DNA of 63,635 nucleotides, filler included, from Limisphaerales bacterium (GTDB taxonomy: Bacteria; Verrucomicrobiota; Verrucomicrobiia; Limisphaerales; SIBE01): assembly GCA_044225505.1 (NCBI GenBank). It is 3 parts of 3 records of this genome, joined end to end, with 100 filler letters (N's around TTAATTAATTAA, not from the genome) between each part and the next. Parts side by side here need not be neighbours in the genome. Positions count along the whole stretch, not along the records: positions 22,244 to 45,006 come from JBGAIN010000146.1; 2 more parts are not named here. The stretch is one strand, 5' to 3'. Positions 33,553-44,247 of the stretch are shown piece by piece. Each line of letters opens with the position of its first letter. Position 1 is the stretch's first letter. The position numbers and the translations under genes were made by a program. The notes under the pieces were generated by a model that saw nothing but the letters and a program-made list of their open reading frames with translations, was not told the origin of the DNA and ran no database searches.

Positions 33553-33939
33553 ATGGAACTTAACAAAGAACTCATCGCCGCCTCTTCCAACCCGATCGTC
33601 CTGGCCATCCTCGCCGAACGCGATAGCTACGGTTACGCTATCCTCCAGCGCGTTCGCGAGCTCTCCGCGGGACGCATGGAATGGACCGATGGAATGCTCT
33701 ATCCGGTCCTGCATCGACTCGAGCGCCTCGGCCACATCGAAGCCCGCTGGGAAATCGCCGATAGCGGACGCCGACGCAAGTACTACCAGATCACCCCCAA
33801 CGGCCGGGCCCGCCTCGCCGATGAGCGCGAGCAGTGGCAAACTGTAAACTCGGCGCTGCAAAGCATCTGGCAGGCGCTGGCACTCCCTGGTCCGATACCC
33901 TCCGGAATGTCACCCGCGCTCGAGCCGAATAAAGCCTGA
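33553..33939 (+). CDS. PadR-family transcriptional regulator
   Basis: DSYGYAI, GMLYPVLHRLE and RRRKYY. Confidence 0.9.
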   Translation: MELNKELIAASSNPIVLAILAERDSYGYAILQRVRELSAGRMEWTDGMLYPVLHRLERLGHIEARWEIADSGRRRKYYQITPNGRARLADEREQWQTVNSALQSIWQALALPGPIPSGMSPALEPNKA

Positions 33940-33940
33940 T

Positions 33941-35323
33941 ATGCAACCTTCCACTCACGCCGGTTTCCTTGAGGAGCAGATCGACCAATGGCGCAGTTAT
34001 CTCCGGCGCCGGCAGGCCATCCATTCGGTCGACGTCGCAGAATTGGAAGACCATCTGCGAGAACTGGTCGCGGCCCTGGTCGGTGCGGGTCTGAGCGACG
34101 ACGAAGCTTTCCTGGTCGCCGTGAAGCGGATCGGCAATCTCGACGCTCTCTCCCGGGAGTTCGCCCGAGAGCACTCGGATCGTTTATGGAAGCAGCTCGT
34201 GCTCATGCCATCGGAGCCCGATGCGCCGCAAGCCCCAAAGCGAAGCGATGCCTGGGTCGCCTTCTTTCTCGCCGTGGCCGCGGCGATCCTGGTCAAACTG
34301 CCGACGCTCTTTGGGGTGGAGCTGAACGAGCACCACGAGGAAGACCTTGGTTTCTATGTTCGCAACGGCAGTTTCTTTGTCTTGCCGCTCCTGACGGGCT
34401 ACTTTGTTTGGAAACGGCGCCTCGATCTGCGCGCCGTTGGGTGGATCGCCACGCTTTTTGTCGCGGCGGCTGTATTCGCGAACATCTATCCGTTCACCAG
34501 ACAAGGCTTCACCCAGACTCTGACTGCGTTGCACCTGCCCATCGCGCTCTGGCTCACCGTGGGCGTCGCTTACACGGGCAGCCGCTGGAAAGAGTCTGCG
34601 GGCCGTATGGATTTCATCCGATTTTCCGGCGAGCTCTTCATTTACTACGTTCTGATCGCACTCGGTGGAGGCGTGTTCACAGGCTTTCTCGCAGCGATCT
34701 TCCGCTCGATCGGGATCAATGTGGGGCCCTTCATTGGATTCTGGCTGCTGCCATGCGGAGCCGCGGGCGCGGTGCTCATCGCCTCGTGGCTCGTCGAAGC
34801 CAAGCAAAGCGTGATCGAAAACATGGCGCCGGTTTTGACACGCCTGTTCACACCGATGTTTGCTGCCATGCTCATCATCTTCCTGGGAACCCTGGTCGTT
34901 ACCGGCCGAGGCATCGACATTGAGCGAAACCTGCTCATCGCGTTTGATTTGCTCTTAACCGTGGTGCTTGGGCTTTTGCTCTACTCGCTTTCCGCGCGTG
35001 ATCCGCAATTGCCGCCGCGAGCCTTTGATGTCGTCCAGGTTGTGCTCATCACCAGCGCCTTGTTGGCGGACGGAGTCGCACTCTGGGCCATCGCGTCGCG
35101 GATTAACGAATTCGGACTCACCCCAAACCGCGTGGCCGCCCTGGGGGAAAACGCCATTCTCCTCGTCAATCTCGCGTGGTCCGCTGTGCTCTATGTTCGT
35201 TTTCTGAGCGGCCGCGGATCGTTTCGCTCGCTCGAAAAGTGGCAGACGGATTATCTGCCGGTCTACGGTGCGTGGGCGGCCATCGTTGTGATCCTCTTCC
35301 CGCCGCTGTTCGGGTACCAGTAA
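33941..35323 (+). CDS. PadR-associated multi-TM membrane protein with permease-prefix domain
   Basis: ELEDHLRE...GLSDDEAFLVAVKRIG N-terminus followed by about 11 TM segments. Confidence 0.8.
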   Translation: MQPSTHAGFLEEQIDQWRSYLRRRQAIHSVDVAELEDHLRELVAALVGAGLSDDEAFLVAVKRIGNLDALSREFAREHSDRLWKQLVLMPSEPDAPQAPKRSDAWVAFFLAVAAAILVKLPTLFGVELNEHHEEDLGFYVRNGSFFVLPLLTGYFVWKRRLDLRAVGWIATLFVAAAVFANIYPFTRQGFTQTLTALHLPIALWLTVGVAYTGSRWKESAGRMDFIRFSGELFIYYVLIALGGGVFTGFLAAIFRSIGINVGPFIGFWLLPCGAAGAVLIASWLVEAKQSVIENMAPVLTRLFTPMFAAMLIIFLGTLVVTGRGIDIERNLLIAFDLLLTVVLGLLLYSLSARDPQLPPRAFDVVQVVLITSALLADGVALWAIASRINEFGLTPNRVAALGENAILLVNLAWSAVLYVRFLSGRGSFRSLEKWQTDYLPVYGAWAAIVVILFPPLFGYQ

Positions 35324-35488
35324 CGTTCAGGATGTTCCAGGGGATGATTTTTGTTCTCAAGTGGATTGTTTCAGACACCAGATTGCCCATACTGAGTTTT
35401 GATTCATGTTCGAAACACCCAATCGCTCTCCTCAAGTTTCTCAGGTTCTCAATTTCCAGTATTCCGCGGCGCCTCGTCACCCAATGAG

Positions 35489-36838
35489 ATGAAACGATTT
35501 CTCTCCCCCTGTTCGTATGTCTTTGCTTTCACGCTCGCCACAGTTTCAGCCGCTTCGACGTTCCCGCTCCAGATCAGCGAGAACCGTCGGCACTTAGTCG
35601 ATCAGCAAGGCACGCCTTTTCTCTACCATGCCGACACGCCGTGGATGCTTTTCACCAAGCTCACCGAAGCGGAAGCGAGGGAATACATCGATCGGCGGAA
35701 GGCGCAAGGCTTCACCGCGCTTCAGGTCATGCTCACAGGCTTCCTGGGCCTGACAAATCGAGCGGGAGAACTGCCCTTTGTCGGCCGGCCTCCGGAACAG
35801 GATTTCGCCCGGCCGAACGAGCCGTTTTTTGCTCACGTGGACCGCGTCGTGGCCGAAGCGCACCGCCAGAGAATGTTGCTCGCGATCGCGCCCGCGTGGT
35901 CGGGGTGTTGCGGCGAAGGCTGGGCTGGCCAGGAGAAGGACGGCGCGCTCAAGCCGCTCAATGCAAATGGCGTCGAGAAATCACGTGAGCTCGGTCGCTG
36001 GCTGGGCAAACGCTACGCAAAATTCGACAATGTGATGTGGATCCTGGGTGGCGACAACGATCCCGATAATGCCCGCTTCGAAATCCGCGCCCTCGGACTT
36101 GGCTTGAAAGACGCGGCGCCGCACCAGCTCATCACGTATCACGCCGCCTCGACCCATTCGAGCACCGATGTCTGGCCTGCGGACGAGCGTTGGCTGGATG
36201 TGTCGATGGTCTATACCTATTTCCGTGGCTTCAATAAAGCGTGGAACAAGAATCAGCCGGACGTCTACGAAGTGAGTCACGCCGAGTTTGCAAAGATCCC
36301 GATGCGCCCGTTCTTCCTTGGCGAATCGACCTATGAAGGTGAGCACGGCGCCTGGGGCAGCCCGGTGCAGGCACGAAAGCAGGCCTATTGGTGTCTGCTC
36401 GGTGGCGGCTCTGGCCACGCTTACGGTTCGCCGAACTGGAACATGCCCGCGAACTGGCGCGACGTGCTCGAACTCCCGGGCGCGAACAGCCTGAAGCACC
36501 TTCGCTCCTTGCTGGAATCTCGTGCGTGGTGGAAGCTCGTTCCCGACACAAACAATCTCGTGGCAGTCGAAGGCCGCGGGCCTTTCGCCACGAACGATTC
36601 TGCCGTCACGGCGCTCGCCAACGATGGTTCCTTCGCCCTCAGTTACCTTCCATCCAAGCGCGCTCTCACGATCGACCTGACCAAGGTTTCCGGCGCACGG
36701 GTCGTCGCTTCGTGGTTCAATCCGCGGACCGGCGAGACCACGCGCATCGCCGAGTTCACCGACAAGCAGCGCCATTCGTTCGAACCACTCGGCGATGGAG
36801 ACTGGGTGTTGGTCCTGGATAACTCAGCAAATCACTGA
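35489..36838 (+). CDS. DUF4038/apiosidase-like (GH140-like) hydrolase with C-terminal collagen-binding-like domain
   Basis: GTPFLYHADTPW, WILGGD, LGESTYE and WFNPRTG...GDWVLVL. Confidence 0.78.
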   Translation: MKRFLSPCSYVFAFTLATVSAASTFPLQISENRRHLVDQQGTPFLYHADTPWMLFTKLTEAEAREYIDRRKAQGFTALQVMLTGFLGLTNRAGELPFVGRPPEQDFARPNEPFFAHVDRVVAEAHRQRMLLAIAPAWSGCCGEGWAGQEKDGALKPLNANGVEKSRELGRWLGKRYAKFDNVMWILGGDNDPDNARFEIRALGLGLKDAAPHQLITYHAASTHSSTDVWPADERWLDVSMVYTYFRGFNKAWNKNQPDVYEVSHAEFAKIPMRPFFLGESTYEGEHGAWGSPVQARKQAYWCLLGGGSGHAYGSPNWNMPANWRDVLELPGANSLKHLRSLLESRAWWKLVPDTNNLVAVEGRGPFATNDSAVTALANDGSFALSYLPSKRALTIDLTKVSGARVVASWFNPRTGETTRIAEFTDKQRHSFEPLGDGDWVLVLDNSANH

Positions 36839-37264
36839 CTCTCCATTCCGACGAGCACCCAGCTAGAACACAGAAAAACAAGAGAAAAGAACAATCGCTG
36901 ATCATGGCGTTGACCAGCTCCGCAAAGAAATGGGTTGGCCCGTCCCACGAGTCGCGGCTTACCAAGATGCCTCATCTCCTTGCAGCCCCAAAACGGTCTC
37001 GAAAATTGAGCGCAAGGTCAAATCTTGACGTTAACGAAATCACAAGCAACTAAGCCACAGCCTCGTTTCTGCGACACTGTACTCCAAAGGGGCGCTTTAC
37101 TCCAAAGGGGCTCTCCGCTTTGACCGTTTCCGCGTATTCCGCGGTTCTATCGCTCGGCATTGTATCGGCCCCGCTCGGCCACAATGCGCTCGAATTGGAC
37201 CTTGGGATAATGACCGAAGCTCACCTGTAAGCCGAGCTTGAGCTGCGTTGCCTTCTTGTGGGGG

Positions 37265-37544
37265 GCAATGGGGTCGCGTCTCAATGTTTGACAGTTTCCA
37301 CTGCAGATCTCTAACGAGACGCTACCGCTCGGGGTTCCCGCGCGCCCTGCCAAGCCGGCAATTCCGCCACCCCGCCCAGAAACCGGTGCCGATCCGCGTC
37401 GTCCATTACAACGGTCCTCCTCGATGCCCCCGATTCATAACGTGATACCACGCACCCGGCACGTCCACGCGCAACGCTCTGGCCATTCCTCCAGCATCCA
37501 AGCGCCACACCGTTCCGTCCACTCTTTAGATACGCCCCCATTGC
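37265..37544 (-). mobile_element. Internally deleted REP-associated tyrosine transposase (RAYT/Y1) mini-element
   Basis: MARALRVDVPGAWYHVMNRG from 37486, then a stop and frameshift; bounded by inverted GCAATGGGGTCGCGTCTCAA / GCAATGGGGGCGTATCTAAA. Confidence 0.75.
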
Positions 37545-37631
37545 TTTCGTCCGCCCCATTTACTGCAAATCATCATTGCTAAAGGCTGGCTCGGAGTGCT
37601 TAGCTCATGAATCAACTGGAAAGAGGTGAAT

Positions 37632-38837
37632 ATGAACTTGCCCAACTGGATCACTCCCTTTTGCTCTCACCGCCCTGCTCGCGACATGGAGCGTCCCTGC
37701 CGAAGCTGGATTGGCGGCCTGGTTAAAATTCGACGACAGCTTAGCCGACCAAACCGGACACCACGACGGCTCTAGTAAGGGCTCTCCCACCTATGACGCC
37801 GGCAAAGACGGCAACGCCCTCGTCTTCACCACTGCTGACGACACCGTGGAACTCGCCAACCCGCAAACCCTCGACTTGGGAAAAGACTTCAGCGTGTCCG
37901 CCTGGGTCCAAACCACCCACGGCGGCGAGGAGGTCATCCTTACCGGGGCGACCCCGCGCATTTTGTATCGCCCGCACTCCAGTTGAACGGCCAGGGCTCG
38001 AAGTTCTTCCTTTACGGCGCTGACCAGGGAAGTTTCGGAGCCAGTTACACCGGCATCAGCCTGAACGACGGCGACTGGCATCACCTCGCTGTAACCTATT
38101 CCGCCACCGCAACCCCTCATCTCACTCTATACCTGGACGGACAACCCGAGCGGCCAGGTGACCCGGGCACCTTCTTCGCCGGCGACTTTGTGATCAAATC
38201 CAACGCCCCCAATAGTGTCATCCGGATCGGTGGACGCGACTCGGACAGCCCCGATTACCATTTCCGCGGCATGATCGATAACGTCCAGATTTATGATCGA
38301 TCCCTGACGACTGAACAAGTGCAGTTCCTTTTCGCCAATCCCGGCTCAGAAGCACAGGCGCCCGCCATTCCGGTGATCTTGACTCAACCCGCTGCGAATC
38401 AATCCGTCACGTTAGGTGGCACCGTGAGTTTTACGGTGGTCGCGGAGGCGCGAACTCCGTTGAGCTATCAATGGTGGTTCAACGACGCGGCCCTCGACGG
38501 CCAGACCAACGCCACCCTGGTCTTGACCAATGTGCCGCTCCGAGCCGCGGGGCTCTACACGGTGGCTGTGACCAGCGCCGCGGGCAGCGTGGTCAGTGAG
38601 CCCGCCAGCTTAACGGTGGGCGGTGCGCCCGAATTGAGTTTGCACCTTTACGCTGGCGTTTCCATCACCGGAACTCCCGGATTGAGCTACCGCATTGAGT
38701 ATCAGGACGCGCTATCTTCATCGCCGAATTGGTCCGTCTTAACGAACCTAACTTTATCGGCAAGCCCTTACCTGATCTTTGACCTGGGATCCACGAACGC
38801 CCCGAAACGCTACTACCGTGCCGTGGTCAATCCCTAA
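37632..38837 (+). pseudogene. Secreted LamG + Ig + FYR-domain protein with two frameshifts
   Basis: Signal peptide, WLKFDD...GKDGNAL, DGDWHHLAVTY and FRGMIDNVQIYDRSL are spread over shifted frames (breaks near 37660 and 37941). Confidence 0.7.
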
Positions 38838-39248
38838 CCCTACCGCGTTGGGCCGACCAAGGGGACGGTGCCTCTCTGAGTTGTCGGTCGGTTGCTAAAG
38901 CGTTGGAGTCGGACCGCCGGGCTCAGTCAACTGTCGCCCAGGCATTCCACTTAATCTCAGCAGCTTGCGGAGAAAAGAACTTTATGGAACACGCTTGGCG
39001 GCGTTTTTCGAGCCTCCTTTCTGCCCGTAAGCCGCCGCGGATTCCTTCAACATTCGCCTGACGTCACTCTCCTCGCTGATCACCATCTCGTGCTGTGACA
39101 GGATAAGCGGCTTGATCTTCCCGGCAGCCCCGGCACTTCCGCCAGGCCGCAGAGTTGTCCAGCCAGCCGTATGCCCGGCTCCTAAAGAAGAAAAAATGGC
39201 CGCTACGGTTTTTCAGCAGAATCGATTCTTTAGATACGACCCCATTGC

Positions 39249-39992
39249 CTATTCACAGGCGTCAAGCCCGATGTGGTCGACAAAGTATACTGGATTGTCG
39301 TTCGCATACTGGTAGAGGTTGGGTCCTCCGGTTCCCTCTAAAGGATCTCTCAGGACCCACCGCCCAACTGCCGGACTGTATTGCCTAAACAGAGTTAGAT
39401 ACAAGGCACTCGCTGAGTGGTAAAAGTGCCCGGTGAATCCAAAATCTGCGTCCAGGTCGCCGGATACCTTCGTTCGCCGGCCGTATGGATCATATGCGTA
39501 TCGCGCGCGCACGGTTCCCGAACCGTCGGTCATCTCTCGAATGGATCCTAAATGATCGGTGGCAAAGAACAGGTTGGTCCCCGCAACGCGCTCGCCCTCA
39601 GCAAAGAAGTGCCTCGTCACCGAATCGCCAGCCGCGTTCCGCTCTTCACTGAGTTCGGTCCCCACCCAGAGATACCGCTGATCGCTCTGCACCACGCCGT
39701 TGCTCTTCTCGACAATCCTCACCCGCCGCCCCAAGCCGTCATAGGTGAACTCCGAACGGTTTGTCCCGATGTTCACTGCCACCAACCGATTCTCCGCATC
39801 CCACTCATACGTGTTGGTCGCGGTGGACGAAATCACCGACGCCAGGTTCCCATTCAGATCATAGCCGAAGGTCTCTGTGACCGCGCTGTTCGTCACTACG
39901 ATCTGGTGTCGATTGGTCCGGGCATTGGCGCTGTAGTCGGTCGCAAGCACGTCCACCACGTTCGTGCCTGTGAGCGTGTCGGCATAGCCCAT
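39249..39992 (-). pseudogene. Orphan RHS core fragment with no toxin tip
   Basis: YD repeats and DHLGS...YDPYG...DP...DHIGL, then an immediate stop; near-identical to the copies at 42490-43050 and 44665-45006. Confidence 0.85.
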
Positions 39993-40004
39993 GCCTGCGG
40001 TGTT

Positions 40005-40233
40005 GGGGTCAGTCCCGCAGATACGCATGTCCGGTGTTCGGCAAAAGTTTCTCACGATTATTTGTGCCACTCGGACACATCCGGCGGCGTAGCCAGCCGC
40101 GCCCATCATCAAGGACGCACTGTGGTAAATAGCTCCCTGATATTGCAGCCTCAGCTTTCTCGCCATGCCAAGAACCTGCCCCTGCCTTACCTCAAGCGTC
40201 AAGACCTATATTGCATTATGCGGGCCTGACCCC
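40005..40233 (-). mobile_element. 229-bp MITE-like RAYT derivative
   Basis: Terminal inverted repeats GGGGTCAGTCCCGCA / GGGGTCAGGCCCGCA enclosing MARKLRLQYQGAIYH. Confidence 0.75.
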
Positions 40234-40239
40234 TTCGAC

Positions 40240-41010
40240 TGCCGTCGTTGAAGCATGACCGCAAAGCGGCCAAGACCAGCCACGTGATTGCGACCAAAGC
40301 GCTGGGTTGTAAGCTGGCCAAAGCGGCTCGGTACGTGATGGCAGGAACTGCGACTATGACCAGAGCCGGATGTTTCCAGGAACTGGCCAACAAAACGATG
40401 AACCAAGTAAATTTGAAGCAGCCGCCAGCCAGGCAAGGGGTTGGACCACCGAGCTCTTGGGACTGATTGGAGGTGGCTGCTCTCCTTGTTGATTTATGTG
40501 GGTGCAGCTTGGCACGCTTGCAAGCGATTCGACCGTGTCACAGAGTCACAAAACGGCTGGGACCTCGGCAGCCGCCAGCAGTTTGGGAACCATAGCTCTA
40601 TGGCACTGAATGAACGCGGCCCGCATTGAAAAGTTCTCTGGTCCCCACCGCTGGTGGGATGGGCCTGAACGTGGGGAACGCGCTTGCCAAAACGAGCGCG
40701 CGTGGTAAAGGAACAGTTGACCAACAAACCGAGCCGGAGGAGGATGGGTGCGGAGACGTCCCGTCCGCTCCTTTCGGTTCGAAAGTTTGTGTCCTGTCCT
40801 CTGGTCACCCTGACCCGCGCTAGATCCAGATGGCTGACTGAACGGATCGCCTTCTCGAGCTCCGGCTCGAGAACATCCGATTCATGCAACGAGAACGCAG
40901 GTTCGTGTCTGCTGGCAGAGTTCGGGTCGGAAAAGCTGCGGCAAAACCGTTTTGAAAAAATCGGATAGATAACGTTTTTTCTTGTTGACCAGGGCCCTAA
41001 TGGCTGACCG
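40240..41010 (+). mobile_element. IS110-family remnant: transposase C-terminus plus downstream non-coding region (right end approximate)
   Basis: DRKAAKTSHVIATKALGCKLAKAARYVM, a frameshift, then NCDYDQSRMFP; followed by a structured region containing GACTGATTGG. Confidence 0.6.
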
Positions 41011-41044
41011 CTTCGACCGCACTCACGGTTTTTGTGATCCAAAG

Positions 41045-41866
41045 TCAATTAACCTGAATTTTTCTTAGAGTGATCTGCGCGACCGCGTTTCCCTGAGCTG
41101 CTGCGGCTGTGAGCCACACTTTTCCAGTATCAAGGTTCATTTCAGCGATGAATCCTACACAGTGCATGATTCCTAAGGTGCTTTGAGCATTGGGGTTCCC
41201 CAGGTTGGCTGCCTCGCGGAGTAACTCGAGGGATTTTGAAAAATCTTGGGGCACTCCGAAACCATCAGAATAAACTACCGCGAGCAAGTACTTCGCACTG
41301 CAATCTCCAGCGTCCGCCTCAGTTTTCAATCCCATTGCGAACGCTTTCTGCGAAGTTTCGTCAATCGGAGGGTTCAAATTGTGCCGCCTAAGCCAATCAG
41401 CAAACGCCGCTTCGTGTTGAGCATTTAAATCCTCTATCGAAATAGCCGTATCTGATGTGGCCGCCGGAGACGACACGCTACTAACGTGAAATATCTCCAA
41501 TTGCAGCTCACCATCGAAACAGTCAATCGAAAAACAAGAATGCAAAACTCGCTGGCACAGCAATAGCTTTTCAAGCGCTCCACCGCCGGGCAAATCTTTA
41601 AAGGTAGATTCCAGCACTGGCAGCTCTCGCGACGATCGAACGACGATGTCTTTAAGGAGCCATAGAATTATTACACTCTGTCGAATGTTCTTGGAGTGCA
41701 TTAGTTCCGAAAGCAGGAAATTTTGTGTCCATTCGGAATCTTGAGCAAGAGCGATGTGGGCAGCATTTCGCAAACGCCCGGTCAAGGGTGCCGAGAAAAA
41801 TCGAATTCTCGAGAGCCGCAGTAAGCATAGCAGCCTTATTCTATATTGATTACTCCCCAATGCCAT
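41045..41866 (-). CDS. Sel1-repeat protein, putative immunity protein
   Basis: Two Sel1 repeats (AKYLLAVVYSDGFGVPQD, AQSTLG); the start overlaps the end of the RHS tip gene; visibly more AT-rich than its neighbours. Confidence 0.7.
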   Translation of the reverse strand: MALGSNQYRIRLLCLLRLSRIRFFSAPLTGRLRNAAHIALAQDSEWTQNFLLSELMHSKNIRQSVIILWLLKDIVVRSSRELPVLESTFKDLPGGGALEKLLLCQRVLHSCFSIDCFDGELQLEIFHVSSVSSPAATSDTAISIEDLNAQHEAAFADWLRRHNLNPPIDETSQKAFAMGLKTEADAGDCSAKYLLAVVYSDGFGVPQDFSKSLELLREAANLGNPNAQSTLGIMHCVGFIAEMNLDTGKVWLTAAAAQGNAVAQITLRKIQVN

Positions 41867-43710
41867 AGCATCTGTCCGTGAACGGTTGAAAAACGGCTTG
41901 AACTTTTTCGTCCCAGCTAGTCCCAGGTTGGAGAAAAACGTTGCTACGGCCGAGTGCCCTCCCGGCCGCATATCCACCTGCCCCCGCGAGTCCTATTAGT
42001 CCCGCACGGCTGGCTAGACCCAATTCTCCAGCTACGTATGCCGCCCGGAGCTTTACCGCTCGAATAGAAGCTCCTTGAGCCGCCTCAGCCGCGCTCGGGA
42101 GAAGAGCTCTGAAGTGATTTAGCCGATTAATGAGGTCGAGCCGCCTAGACGCAGAGGTTAGATCGTAGAGTGTACTCGGGCCTTTGGATCCACCAATTTG
42201 ATCGGGAGGTGGCAACCGCGAGATCGCGTTCTCAAGAAACGCCTTGGCCGCTAACATCGCGAGATACGCATTTCGCGCGTTTTTTGCCGCAACTTCCGCA
42301 GAGTTCACGTCCTCCCACGTGGGACATAGTCCTGACAGATCGTTTGAGCGTATCGGGCTATTGTGCGCGTATGCAAAGAGGTTTAAACCGCCGTCTTCCT
42401 CGATCGGATCCCTATTTAGCCACCTCCCCAGATCGGCGTGATATCCACGAAAGAGTGCCAAGTGCAGTCCGCTGGCGGCAGCGTAGTAATGCCCGGTGAA
42501 TCCAAAATCTGCCTCCAGGTCGCCGGAAACCTTCGTTCGCCGGCCATACGGATCATATGCGTATCGCGCGCGCACGGTTCCCGAACCGTCGGTCATCTCT
42601 CGAATGGATCCTAAATGATCGGTGGCAAAGAACAGGTTGGTTCCCGCAACGCGCTCGCCCTCAGCAAAGAACTGCCTGGTCACCGAATCGCCAGCCGCGT
42701 TCCGCTCTTCACTGAGTTCGGTCCCCACCCAGAGATACCGCTGATCGCTCTGCACCACGCCATTGCTCCGCTCGACAATCCTCACCCGCCGCCCCAAGCC
42801 GTCATACGTGAACTCCGAACGGTTCGTCCCGATGTTCACTGCCACCAACCGGTTCTCCGCATCCCACTCATAGGTGTTGGTCGCGGTGGACGAAATCACG
42901 GACGCCAGGTTTCCATTCAGATCATAGCCGAAGGCCTCCGTGACCGCGCTGTTCGTCACTACGACCTGGTATCGATTGGTCCGGGCATTGGCGCTGTAGT
43001 CGGTCGCAAGCACGTCCACCACGTTCGTGCCTGTGAGCGTGTCGGCATAGCCCACGAAGTTCGTGGTCCGAGTGTCCATCACCGCAGGCTGACCACCCAC
43101 GGTCACCGTCCCCAGTTCGTTCAAGCGCCCGCTCAACCGGATCGGACCTCCTCCCGCCCGCGCCACGAGCTGGTTCAAGTTATTGTGTGTGGCACTCCGC
43201 ACGCCCAGGTTTATCTGTTCGCTCGTCCGGTTTCCCGCCGCGTCATAGGCATACCCATATTGCTTGAGGATCGCCTGAGTCAAGCTGTCCTGCACCGTGA
43301 CGCCCAGCAACTGATCTGCCCGGTCATACTCCAGCGCGTGCACTTCCGGCGTCTGAGTGTCCGCTTGCTGCGTCCAGGTCTGAATTTGCCCTTCGGCATC
43401 GTAGGTGTAATCGAACTTCGAGATCGTCCCGTTGGTGGCGTTCTTATGCCAGATCGTCTGCAAACGCAGGTCATTGGTCACGCCGTCATAGCTAAAGCTG
43501 CGGCTCTGCCCATTGGGATAGCTCGTTACACTCAACCGTTCCGTCGCATTCACGTAACTGTTGGTAAAGCCTCCCAGGACATTGGTCACCGTCGTGACAC
43601 GGCCCAAGGCATCATAGCTGACATTCACGGCCACGCCGTTGATGGCGCGACTCGTCACCCGGCCCAAGACGTCGTAGCTGTAGCTGATCACGTCATTGGC
43701 TAGAGGCCCG
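41850..43710 (-). CDS. 5'-truncated RHS core with an Ala/Gly-rich helical toxin tip
   Basis: YD repeats and RWLNRDPIEEDGGLNLFAY...DLSGL, followed by a unique tip of about 160 aa. Confidence 0.85.
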
Positions 43711-43761
43711 TAGAAGGAATTATCTCTAATTCCTGACCCCACCGACACCTCACTCTGACTT

Positions 43762-44223
43762 TCAGTTTGTTTGTGGACCGGAATTAACATGTTTCGTAGC
43801 CGCATCTATTACCACAAGACAACTTGCGGACTTAAGCCAAGTGTACCTGACATCCTTTCGTTTGGCTATGCAGACCAATTCCGGTACGCAAATCACCACA
43901 TTACTTTGGGTAAACCTGAATTCAAATTCAGTATTTGTGAAGTGCAATGCCCTACTTCTAAGTGAGTCGTGTATTAAAGGACAGAAGTAAACACTTCCAA
44001 CCTCAGGTAGCAGTCGAGCGCCGACTAGTTCATTTACCGTTGCTGGCAGGCGATTACTCTGGGTGTTAAAGCCCACAACAGCCTCTGAGAGCCTGAACAA
44101 GTGGCTTTTCGTTGTTAGAGACACAATCACCGTCGGTTTGATGATGTAATACCAGGCGCCAAAAGACAGGCTGAGGACAGCCAGCGCAGTGACGACTGTG
44201 ACTCTTGTACGTAACGATGCCAT
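43762..44223 (-). CDS. Putative membrane-anchored immunity protein
   Basis: 153 aa with an N-terminal TM segment, AT-rich, directly downstream of an RHS tip. Confidence 0.6.
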   Translation of the reverse strand: MASLRTRVTVVTALAVLSLSFGAWYYIIKPTVIVSLTTKSHLFRLSEAVVGFNTQSNRLPATVNELVGARLLPEVGSVYFCPLIHDSLRSRALHFTNTEFEFRFTQSNVVICVPELVCIAKRKDVRYTWLKSASCLVVIDAATKHVNSGPQTN

Positions 44224-44247
44224 CTGGTTTTTAGAGCGTTAGAGTAA

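Noticed and set aside
37080..37111. TACTCCAAAGGGGC direct repeat x2
   Set aside because: Only two copies, probably REP-like debris near the RAYT remnant; no function can be supported.
39993..40202. N-terminal part of the 317-aa ORF as a real RAYT-RHS fusion protein
   Set aside because: Only about 15 RAYT codons are present. The frame reads through a mini-element end by chance into a truncated RHS.
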